Below, in pieces: positions 56,901-64,000 of a stretch of DNA of 64,000 bases. Position 1 is the first letter of the stretch, and each line of letters begins with the position of its first letter. The stretch spans positions 1 through 64,000 of IMG/VR virus record IMGVR_UViG_3300030390_000715; one strand, written 5' to 3'. Below the pieces are notes generated by a model. It was not told the DNA's origin. It saw only the letters and a list, made by a program, of their open reading frames with translations, and ran no database searches. The DNA comes from a virus. Position numbers and translations under genes: made by a program.

Positions 56901-57275
56901 ATGGCTGATCAACCATTATCGTTCAAGAGTTTCTTGGCGACGGATACACCTACCGAGGCGTTAGACTTCTCACAGAGACGCGCACGTGGTAGAGTGATGA
57001 AAAAGAATAAAGCAAAGATTGCTATGGGGCGCAGACGTGCCGCTAAGAAAACTGCTAGTGTAGAAGTCCTCAAAAAACGCGCTCGTAAAGGCGCAGTCAA
57101 TGACCTATTCAAAAAATTCTCTAAGGGTAAATCACGAGGCGAAATGCCTGCGGCTCGTCGCGCTGAGATAGAAAAGCGTATAAGTAAAATGAGTTCAAAG
57201 GTCGCAGTGATGACCCGTAAGAAACTACCACAGATTCGAAGTCTAGAAAAACAACGTAAGATGGGCAAAAAATGA
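56901..57275 (+). CDS. Highly basic late protein
   Basis: K/R-rich; SFKSFL...TE leader. Confidence 0.6.
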   Translation: MADQPLSFKSFLATDTPTEALDFSQRRARGRVMKKNKAKIAMGRRRAAKKTASVEVLKKRARKGAVNDLFKKFSKGKSRGEMPAARRAEIEKRISKMSSKVAVMTRKKLPQIRSLEKQRKMGKK

Positions 57276-58549
57276 TTCCTTCCTTTAAACAATATCTCGT
57301 AGAAGAAAACCGTGAAGTGTTCTTCTCATTCGGTCGTATGAATCCACCGACAATAGGGCACAGCAAGTTGGTGACTAGTCTAGCTACTAAAGCTGGCAAG
57401 AACCCATATTACATTTATCTTTCACAGACTAATAAGCCTAAAAAAGATCCTCTTGAATACACTCAAAAAGTGAAGCACGTTCGTAAGATGTTCCCTAAGC
57501 ATGGACGAAATGTTGTACTCGACAAGAAGGTGCGTGATGTATTCGACATTGCTGTCGGGCTATATGCTCAAGGATTTAATAAGATCACAATGGTCGTTGG
57601 TTCTGATCGCGTCACTGAATTCGAAACACTCCTGAATAAGTATAACGGTAAAGAAGGTCGACATGGAACGTATAACTTCGAGCGTATCACCGTAATATCA
57701 GGGGGTGAACGCGATCCTGATAGCGATGGTGTCGAAGGAATGTCTGCCTCTAAACAACGCGAAAATGCTCGAAACAATGATTTCTCTACATTCTCTCAAG
57801 GCTTACCTAAGAATGTAAACGCTAAAGATGCAAAGAAGTTGTTCAATGACGTTCGAGCGGGAATGGGGCTAGAAGAAACTACCTCGTTTAAAAATCATAT
57901 TGAGTTAGAGTCCGTTAGCGAAACCCGCGAGAAATTCGTAAAGGGTGAACTGTTCAATCTCACTGATAAAGTCGTTATCATAGAAGATCAGCGCACAGGC
58001 TATATTCAGACGATAGGCACTAATTATGTTATCGTAGCATTAGATGAAGGTGGTATTACTCGACAATGGATTGATTCAGTCGAGAGAATATCCGAGAGAT
58101 CACTTTCTAACTTAGCAATTGATTTTATCGACAAGAAGCTTAATGCTAAAAAGTACACTAGTGCTATACAGACTTTTATCAAAATCGCACGAAAGAATCC
58201 TGATAGCAATCAAAATGTGGTCAAAGCCGCGCAGGTTCATCGTCTTCCAGTACGCCAACTTCAAAGCATTATAAAAGACATGCTGAAGAGTAAAGACGCG
58301 CCCAAAGAATTGTTAAACTATAGAAAAATGTTCGAGTCTGCGCCTGAATGGGGCACAGATGAAGCTACTGAGAAGGCTAAAACTATGGTTCCAGGGCAGA
58401 ACGAAGAGAAAGAAGATGCCGTTGATACCGCACGTAAGGTCATAGCTAAAGATGACAAACTTGATAAAATTAAGCATGATCGTATTATGGATAGAGCAAG
58501 ACTAAATCGCGCTAGACGCAAAAATAAACAGACGAATCCAAAAGTATAA
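57272..58549 (+). CDS. HxGH nucleotidyltransferase (cytidyltransferase-like) with C-terminal modules
   Basis: FGRMNPPTIGH, VGSDR, RDPD...MSASK. Confidence 0.8.
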   Translation: MIPSFKQYLVEENREVFFSFGRMNPPTIGHSKLVTSLATKAGKNPYYIYLSQTNKPKKDPLEYTQKVKHVRKMFPKHGRNVVLDKKVRDVFDIAVGLYAQGFNKITMVVGSDRVTEFETLLNKYNGKEGRHGTYNFERITVISGGERDPDSDGVEGMSASKQRENARNNDFSTFSQGLPKNVNAKDAKKLFNDVRAGMGLEETTSFKNHIELESVSETREKFVKGELFNLTDKVVIIEDQRTGYIQTIGTNYVIVALDEGGITRQWIDSVERISERSLSNLAIDFIDKKLNAKKYTSAIQTFIKIARKNPDSNQNVVKAAQVHRLPVRQLQSIIKDMLKSKDAPKELLNYRKMFESAPEWGTDEATEKAKTMVPGQNEEKEDAVDTARKVIAKDDKLDKIKHDRIMDRARLNRARRKNKQTNPKV

Positions 58550-58557
58550 ATAGACTT

Positions 58558-59769
58558 ATGAAATCATTTAAAACTGTAATAGAATCTGTATCGCAAAGAG
58601 AACTAGACGACCTCGAGAAATTCGGGGACAGACTACTTAACAAATTTGACATCGATATAGAATTCACTCGACACTTCGCCGATCGTCTTAATGATAAGAG
58701 GAATAAGCCTGCTATTGACGTAGAAGAGCTAAAAACTCTATTCAAAAAGATGGCAGATAATAAAGGCAAGAAGATCAAAAAGCATGGTAACTCTGAAGTT
58801 ATTCTAAAAGATATGCAGGCTGATCTTAATCTACCTGTCGTGATTAACTGGAAGAACGGTGAGTTCGAAGTTGTTAACAAAACTATTATGAGAAAGAAGG
58901 GTTTTAAATCTCCTGACCCTATGCTAAAATACGAGTCTGTCGAAGAAGAGCGGAACTATCGCAAAGAATACGATAACTACCATAAAGACCCAATTCAAGT
59001 AAAAAGACGCGCAAAGAGAAATGAAGCGCGTCGAAGCTTACGCGGTAGAAAAGACTTGACGGATGATAAGGATGTGCATCATAAAGATAACGATCCAATG
59101 AACAACGATCCATCAAACTTAGCTATAGTAACACAACACTATAATCGCAGAGAACCGAGACTTCGCAAAGAGGAAACCGCTACAGTGAAAACTATACAGG
59201 ACATCATCAAAGAGTCAGGAGCGCGACGATTGACCAATCGCTTAAAGAAGGGCGGTGTTGATCTTGACAAACGAGCGAAAGAACGTGCCGCTAGTCATGC
59301 CGCATTAGTAAAGAAGTATGCGAGTGATAAGAAGGAAGAAGTCGATGAAATGAAAGACGATCCTTGTTGGAAAGATCACGAAATGGTCGGGCACAAGATG
59401 AAGAATGGTAAAAAAGTACCTAATTGTGTACCCAAAGAATCTGTTAAAGAAGCTCGAAGTATAAAGATTGCTAAGGGTGATAAAACTCGTACCGTTAATA
59501 AGCAAGAGCTATCTACATACAAGCAGATGGGCTGGAAAGTAGTCGCTGAATCTGCTCTTCTTGACGAAGAAACATTTTACATTGATTTTCTGAATAAGAA
59601 AAAGGGATTTAAACAAGATAGGATTAAGTTTAAATCTCACGATGCCGCAGTAAAATGGGCTAAGAAAAACATGGATAAGTTTAACAGCGATATGATAAAA
59701 ACAGAAAGTGTTAACCTTGAAGTCGAACGGGATTTCTTTGCTATTAGAGAAGCGACGAAGAAAAATTAA
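58558..59769 (+). CDS. Modular late (putative internal head) protein with HNH-like module
   Basis: MKSFKTVIE leader; DVHHKDNDPMNN; PCWKDH..KKVPNCVP. Confidence 0.6.
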   Translation: MKSFKTVIESVSQRELDDLEKFGDRLLNKFDIDIEFTRHFADRLNDKRNKPAIDVEELKTLFKKMADNKGKKIKKHGNSEVILKDMQADLNLPVVINWKNGEFEVVNKTIMRKKGFKSPDPMLKYESVEEERNYRKEYDNYHKDPIQVKRRAKRNEARRSLRGRKDLTDDKDVHHKDNDPMNNDPSNLAIVTQHYNRREPRLRKEETATVKTIQDIIKESGARRLTNRLKKGGVDLDKRAKERAASHAALVKKYASDKKEEVDEMKDDPCWKDHEMVGHKMKNGKKVPNCVPKESVKEARSIKIAKGDKTRTVNKQELSTYKQMGWKVVAESALLDEETFYIDFLNKKKGFKQDRIKFKSHDAAVKWAKKNMDKFNSDMIKTESVNLEVERDFFAIREATKKN

Positions 59770-59810
59770 TCAACTATATAACGGATCGACTTGATCGATA
59801 ACAATAAAAA

Positions 59811-60119
59811 ATGGCAGTCACTAACGCAGATAGATTAACAAGAATTGAAGACAAGCTCGACGCGATGGGCGAAGCATTGGTAGCTATCGCAAGAATTCAG
59901 GAGAAAGTTGCAGATTTGGAAAATCGACGAGAAGAGCAAAGCGATCGGCTCAACCATGAATCTAAAAAATTAGATGATATAGATACGAAAGTCACAGCAT
60001 TGATTACGAAAGTTGGAGCTATGCAAACCTATGGCATGGTAGCATTCTCGGCTCTAGCTTCAGTGATATTAGCAGTATTAACCGGTGCGATTGGAGTACC
60101 ACACATACCACACCCCTAG
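59811..60119 (+). CDS. Coiled-coil protein with C-terminal TM (XhlA/holin-like)
   Basis: RLTRIEDKLD...hydrophobic tail. Confidence 0.5.
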   Translation: MAVTNADRLTRIEDKLDAMGEALVAIARIQEKVADLENRREEQSDRLNHESKKLDDIDTKVTALITKVGAMQTYGMVAFSALASVILAVLTGAIGVPHIPHP

Positions 60120-60128
60120 GAGAACAAC

Positions 60129-61487
60129 ATGAACACCGAACACATTAATAGAATTGCTGACTTGTGGCGTAACATGCATACAGAAGCTAAAAAGCTCGAT
60201 CCAGTAGATGACAAGGCAAACGATAAAAAATTCAAAGATCGAAAAGACAAAGACATCGATAATGATGGTGATGTTGACGGTTCCGACAAGTTTCTGCATA
60301 AGAAGCGCAAAGCTATCGACAATGAGATTGATGGTGGTGAGAAGCCAGCGAAGAATGAGTCGACCGACCTTGATGAAGCAAAGGAACATACCTACACTGT
60401 AGTTCACGCTAAGAAAGGTAAGGTTGTAGTTAAAGCCCCCACCTCTTATGATGCCGCCATGAAAGCCGCCAAGGGATGGAAGTTGAAGTCTACGGCTGGT
60501 ATTGATTCTCACCTTATGGAAGAAACTCTTGACGAAGCGCAAGGCAAGTTAAATGCCAAAGGCGAGATCGAGATGACTGCGAAGAACTACGCCAAGGTTC
60601 ACAAAGACTTTAAGACCAAGATCAAAGGAACTTCTTATGCTATGCAGATAGATCCTAAGACTGGCGGTTCTGCACTGTTTCCTGTTACGTTCATCAAAGA
60701 ATCGGTCGAAGAAGCTTGTGGTGATGACAAGAAGATGATGAAAAAAGAAGACGATGCTGATGCAAAGATGACTGCTTGTTCTGATTGCGATGGATCTACT
60801 GACAATCACGACGAGGAATGCCCTACTAGTGGCTCAAAGAAGAAGCCAAAGAAGGGTGAGGACGATGATAAAGACCTCGAAGAAGCGGCTGAAGCATCTA
60901 ATTGGAATGTTCAGATACCCAAGCAAACTATCTCCGGCAAGACCGTAGGTGGTGGTAAGCAAGGTATCGTCGTTAAAGCAAAAACTGCTCGTCAAGCAAT
61001 CAGCATGGCAGCCAGACGTTTGGCTGTTGATTTCAAGATGCTTAGAGTCGGTAAGGTAATTAAAGAGGGGAAAGTTAATATGAAAGAGAATGCGGTTACA
61101 CATGCGAAACATGGTTACGGTGAAATTCTTCAGCGTACCGCTGAAGGCGTAGATGTCATGTTTGAACATGGTGTTGAGATGGGAATGGACGAGTCTGAGC
61201 TAATAGGTATTCTAGAGAAGAGTGCTACAGGTAGTCAGAAGCAAGCTAAAAATGTTCCTGGTGCTGGTGGCGAGAAGCATGGCGAAACGGCTTCTGCTGG
61301 TGAGAAAGCGTTTGCAAAAGGTTTAGGAAAAGATGGCGAGTCTGTCGGCACTGAAGAAGAAGATGGTGTCAATGACGTTAATAAAGCCTCTCGCGTAAAG
61401 GGTCAAGCACCTACGCGTGGTAGTGAGCCTCGAATTGGCGACAAAGCTATTGTTAAGCCAGTAACTGATCCTTCGAAGGGGAAATAA
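60129..61487 (+). CDS. Modular late (putative internal head) protein
   Basis: DKDIDNDGDVDGSD DxDxDG loop; modules delimited by (L/I/V)xE. Confidence 0.55.
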   Translation: MNTEHINRIADLWRNMHTEAKKLDPVDDKANDKKFKDRKDKDIDNDGDVDGSDKFLHKKRKAIDNEIDGGEKPAKNESTDLDEAKEHTYTVVHAKKGKVVVKAPTSYDAAMKAAKGWKLKSTAGIDSHLMEETLDEAQGKLNAKGEIEMTAKNYAKVHKDFKTKIKGTSYAMQIDPKTGGSALFPVTFIKESVEEACGDDKKMMKKEDDADAKMTACSDCDGSTDNHDEECPTSGSKKKPKKGEDDDKDLEEAAEASNWNVQIPKQTISGKTVGGGKQGIVVKAKTARQAISMAARRLAVDFKMLRVGKVIKEGKVNMKENAVTHAKHGYGEILQRTAEGVDVMFEHGVEMGMDESELIGILEKSATGSQKQAKNVPGAGGEKHGETASAGEKAFAKGLGKDGESVGTEEEDGVNDVNKASRVKGQAPTRGSEPRIGDKAIVKPVTDPSKGK

Positions 61488-61488
61488 G

Positions 61489-61764
61489 ATGATTAAAGGA
61501 CCAAGCAGATCAACACCTACAACACGTGGTTGGATATGTGATCGTACAGGCGAACTACTCAAGTCACAGCGAATAACACCCGATCAAATTTCAGAGTGGC
61601 ATGGCATGCCAGCTGTTGGTCAAGTACAGACATTGCATGAAGCACCTTATCAGGAAATTGCAATTGCAAAAGATGACTTAACGCACTACGAACTTAAAGA
61701 GCAAGAAGAGGAAGCGCCTAAACTTGGTCTTCTTGATACGTTCTTTGGTAAGCTATCCAAGTGA
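61489..61764 (+). CDS. Hypothetical protein
   Basis: PTTRGW...TGELLKS. Confidence 0.6.
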   Translation: MIKGPSRSTPTTRGWICDRTGELLKSQRITPDQISEWHGMPAVGQVQTLHEAPYQEIAIAKDDLTHYELKEQEEEAPKLGLLDTFFGKLSK

Positions 61765-62024
61765 CCGAAAAAGAAACCAAGCCTTCATTCGCTGAAAGGC
61801 AGATTGTATGGGCTGATAAGATGCGCGAAACACAGCGCAGAATGGCTTGGTTTTCTTTGTATGGTATGTTGTTATATCCGGTCACTCTAATTATATTAGA
61901 TGTACTGGGTAGAAAAGTTGCGATAGAGGCTCTAGTCGATATCGCTCCTACGTATTTCGTATCCGTAGCCGCGATTATAGCCGCATATTATACTAAAGAA
62001 GCTATTATCGAGAGATCGAAATAA
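61761..62024 (+). CDS. 2-TM membrane protein (holin-like)
   Basis: QRRMAWFSLYGMLLYP, two TM helices. Confidence 0.5.
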   Translation: MTEKETKPSFAERQIVWADKMRETQRRMAWFSLYGMLLYPVTLIILDVLGRKVAIEALVDIAPTYFVSVAAIIAAYYTKEAIIERSK

Positions 62025-62063
62025 ACACTATATACTGTTATAATCCTAAAGTATATCGAGCAT

Positions 62064-62432
62064 ATGAAATTTTTTGAGACACTAGACGAAAGCACGTTCA
62101 CTATTTTCGCGGCACATCATTACCAAAATCCAACATGCATTGATGCAGATGAATTTTACGAAGATATTAAGCGTTTCAAGTATATAAAACGTCTAGTCAA
62201 TAGACACCTCGAAGGTGGTAAGCTATCAGTCCATCTTATATTGAATCACTTGATCGTAGTCTTTAATGTGTTTGGTAATGGTGCAGGATTAAAGATGTTA
62301 GAGTATAAGCTAGAGGAACGGCATTGGTCAACGATCAAACCATTCATAATCTATCTTAGAATCGTCACAAACGAAAAATATACTGGTGTCGAAATGGACG
62401 CTGAAGTTGTCGAAGGGTTGAGAAAAATATGA
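62064..62432 (+). CDS. Conserved T4-like hypothetical protein
   Basis: YQNPTC..EFYEDIKRFKYIKRL, ILNHLIVVFNVFG. Confidence 0.7.
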   Translation: MKFFETLDESTFTIFAAHHYQNPTCIDADEFYEDIKRFKYIKRLVNRHLEGGKLSVHLILNHLIVVFNVFGNGAGLKMLEYKLEERHWSTIKPFIIYLRIVTNEKYTGVEMDAEVVEGLRKI

Positions 62433-63016
62433 GTCTAGCAAGTAAAGCTGGTGATCTGCTATACACGTTTCGCTTTCTAAAGATGTTAACCACACCTTGG
62501 GAAGAATCGGACGCGTTTAAGCTTGGGCTTATTGACGAGAATGGCAAACGTGTAAAAAGTGTGAAGATGGATTCTAAAGAGAAAAAACTCGCGCTAGGTC
62601 CTTTTGTTCGATTAGTGTTTAATCTTAAACGCGCTCTCAATAAAGTGCCCGGAGGCAAGACAACACTGGGTAGCTATGCGGCGGCTCTATTTCTACTCAA
62701 AGAACACTATGATATCAGCGACAAGAATATTAAAAAGATATTAGATACCGCGGGAGTTGATCCTCTTGATCTCATTAGCGAAGATCATTCTTGGTACATA
62801 CTTAATAACGGATGCCTCTCACCAGGAATATATCGAGTCAAAGAAGAAAAAGTTCTTGCTACCGGACTCGAAGACGTTGTTAATGCCAAAGATCAAATTC
62901 GTGTCAATGAATCAGCGCACCCAATAGGCGAAGTATTAGGCTTGCATGTTTTCGAAGCATATCATCTAAACACTCATAAGAGGGTGTACGTCACCGTCGG
63001 AGAAATCTACAAATGA
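62429..63016 (+). CDS. Conserved T4-like hypothetical protein
   Basis: YTFRFLKML.TPW..AFKLGLIDENG, RLVFNLKR, SYAAALFLLKE. Confidence 0.7.
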   Translation: MSLASKAGDLLYTFRFLKMLTTPWEESDAFKLGLIDENGKRVKSVKMDSKEKKLALGPFVRLVFNLKRALNKVPGGKTTLGSYAAALFLLKEHYDISDKNIKKILDTAGVDPLDLISEDHSWYILNNGCLSPGIYRVKEEKVLATGLEDVVNAKDQIRVNESAHPIGEVLGLHVFEAYHLNTHKRVYVTVGEIYK

Positions 63017-63195
63017 AAAAGTTCAATGATTACGTAATCCCATCCATAAAAGAAGAACCTACAATGACAACCGGACCTGGTATTGCAGGAACAAGTGATG
63101 GCGATACTGCTGATTGGATGCATGGTAAGAAGAAAAAACCTCTCACCCGAAGATTCATCGAGATCATGGGTAAAAGAAAAAAACTCGTAAAATAG
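63013..63195 (+). CDS. Small late protein
   Basis: MKKFNDY...IKEE leader followed by PTMTTG. Confidence 0.5.
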   Translation: MKKFNDYVIPSIKEEPTMTTGPGIAGTSDGDTADWMHGKKKKPLTRRFIEIMGKRKKLVK

Positions 63196-63279
63196 TAAAA
63201 TAAATCTAGATATTCTCGTTTTTATGGTGTATACTTACGCTATATAATTCCACTAACCCTAAATAAAAGAGAAAGGTAA

Positions 63280-64000
63280 ATGCCCGTAAAAATTGATAAA
63301 AATCGCGATGAATTATTAAAAGATTATGCTGTAGGAATGTTGCGCGATTTCTATATGACAGACAAAGAAACCTCACCACAGCAAGCCTATCGAAGAGCCG
63401 CAAGAGCATGGTCTTGTTACGAGGGTCAAATGGACGAAGCCCTAGCACAACGCTTATATGACTATGTTTCGAAAAAGTGGTTTATGTTCGCTTCCCCAGT
63501 TTTATCGAATGCGCCTGAAATGAGTAACGGTCTGTCTCCAAAGGGTATGCCTATATCATGTTTCTTGACATATGTTCCAGATACATTAGAGGGCTTGATT
63601 AGTCACACTTCTGAACTACGTTGGTTATCTGTTTATGGGGGTGGAGTTGGCGGACACTGGAGTGCTGTTCGGACTGTATCAGACGTAGCACCTGGTCCTA
63701 TGCCTTTTCTACATACAGTTGATGCAGACATGATCGCTTATAGACAAGGTAAAACGAGAAAGGGTTCATACGCGGCTTATATGGACATCTCTCACCCAGA
63801 CATTATCGAATTCTTAAATATGCGCGTACCTACAGGTGACGTACAGCGTAAAGCACTAAACCTTCATAACGCTATTAATATCACTGATGAATTCATGGAG
63901 GCGGTGCGATTCAATTACGAGTTTGCATTGCGTGATCCTAAAGACAACGGTATAAAGGAGATGATCAACGCTCGAAAGACTTGGGAACGTATTCTGGAAA
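63280..64000 (+). CDS. nrdA: Ribonucleotide reductase large subunit (class I, no ATP cone), 3'-truncated by window edge
   Basis: MPVKIDKNRDELL...WFMFASPVLSNAP, GMPISCFL, GGGVG, QGKTRKGSYAAY, SHPDIIEF. Confidence 0.9.
   Translation, partial: MPVKIDKNRDELLKDYAVGMLRDFYMTDKETSPQQAYRRAARAWSCYEGQMDEALAQRLYDYVSKKWFMFASPVLSNAPEMSNGLSPKGMPISCFLTYVPDTLEGLISHTSELRWLSVYGGGVGGHWSAVRTVSDVAPGPMPFLHTVDADMIAYRQGKTRKGSYAAYMDISHPDIIEFLNMRVPTGDVQRKALNLHNAINITDEFMEAVRFNYEFALRDPKDNGIKEMINARKTWERILE

Noticed and set aside
2022..63448. Most minus-strand and alternative-frame ORFs in the track (e.g. 7916..8386, 20363..20815, 26749..27111, 42450..42776, 63206..63448)
   Set aside because: They are shadow ORFs overlapping well-supported + strand genes, without RBS or recognisable motifs; 63206..63448 overlaps nrdA.
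1..64000. tRNA genes and alternative genetic code
   Set aside because: I recognised no cloverleaf by eye (tRNAscan-SE would be decisive), and core genes are intact under the standard code with TAA, TAG and TGA all used as stops.

Overview
This 64-kb window is part of a T4-like (Tevenvirinae/Kyanoviridae-type gene order) myophage genome, probably aquatic. A captured pheS fragment and sigma70 promoters suggest a gammaproteobacterial host. Almost all genes are on the + strand. The order is: a collagen/LamG fibre module (1-6.0 kb); head genes gp21/gp22/gp23 and gp3; uvsY/uvsW, gp55, gp47/46, gp45/44/62, regA, gp43, a PrimPol-like gene, uvsX, gp40 and gp41; a ~22-kb hyperplastic early region of small ORFs with many near-consensus TTGACA-N16/17-TATAAT promoters (32-54 kb); a late (TATAAATA) cluster of putative capsid-packaged proteins; and the start of nrdA. 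Main observations: (1) many accessory genes are bracketed by 12-31 bp (mostly ~20 bp) direct repeats of the RBS/stop/start junction, which looks like an integrase-free gene-cassette capture process. (2) One such cassette is a stand-alone N-terminal tRNA-binding coiled coil of host PheS. (3) A ~215-nt intergenic region at 39.9-40.1 kb has nested pairings and a possible pseudoknot, making it an ncRNA candidate. (4) A 33-bp tandem repeat inside the dCMP deaminase gene is itself a perfect sigma70 promoter. (5) Several late proteins have capsid-targeting-like N-termini and gp21-type cleavage sites, including an RNA-ligase-like and an HxGH nucleotidyltransferase pair. (6) gp46 appears to need an ATT start codon. 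All assignments come from reading motifs by eye; no database searches were run.
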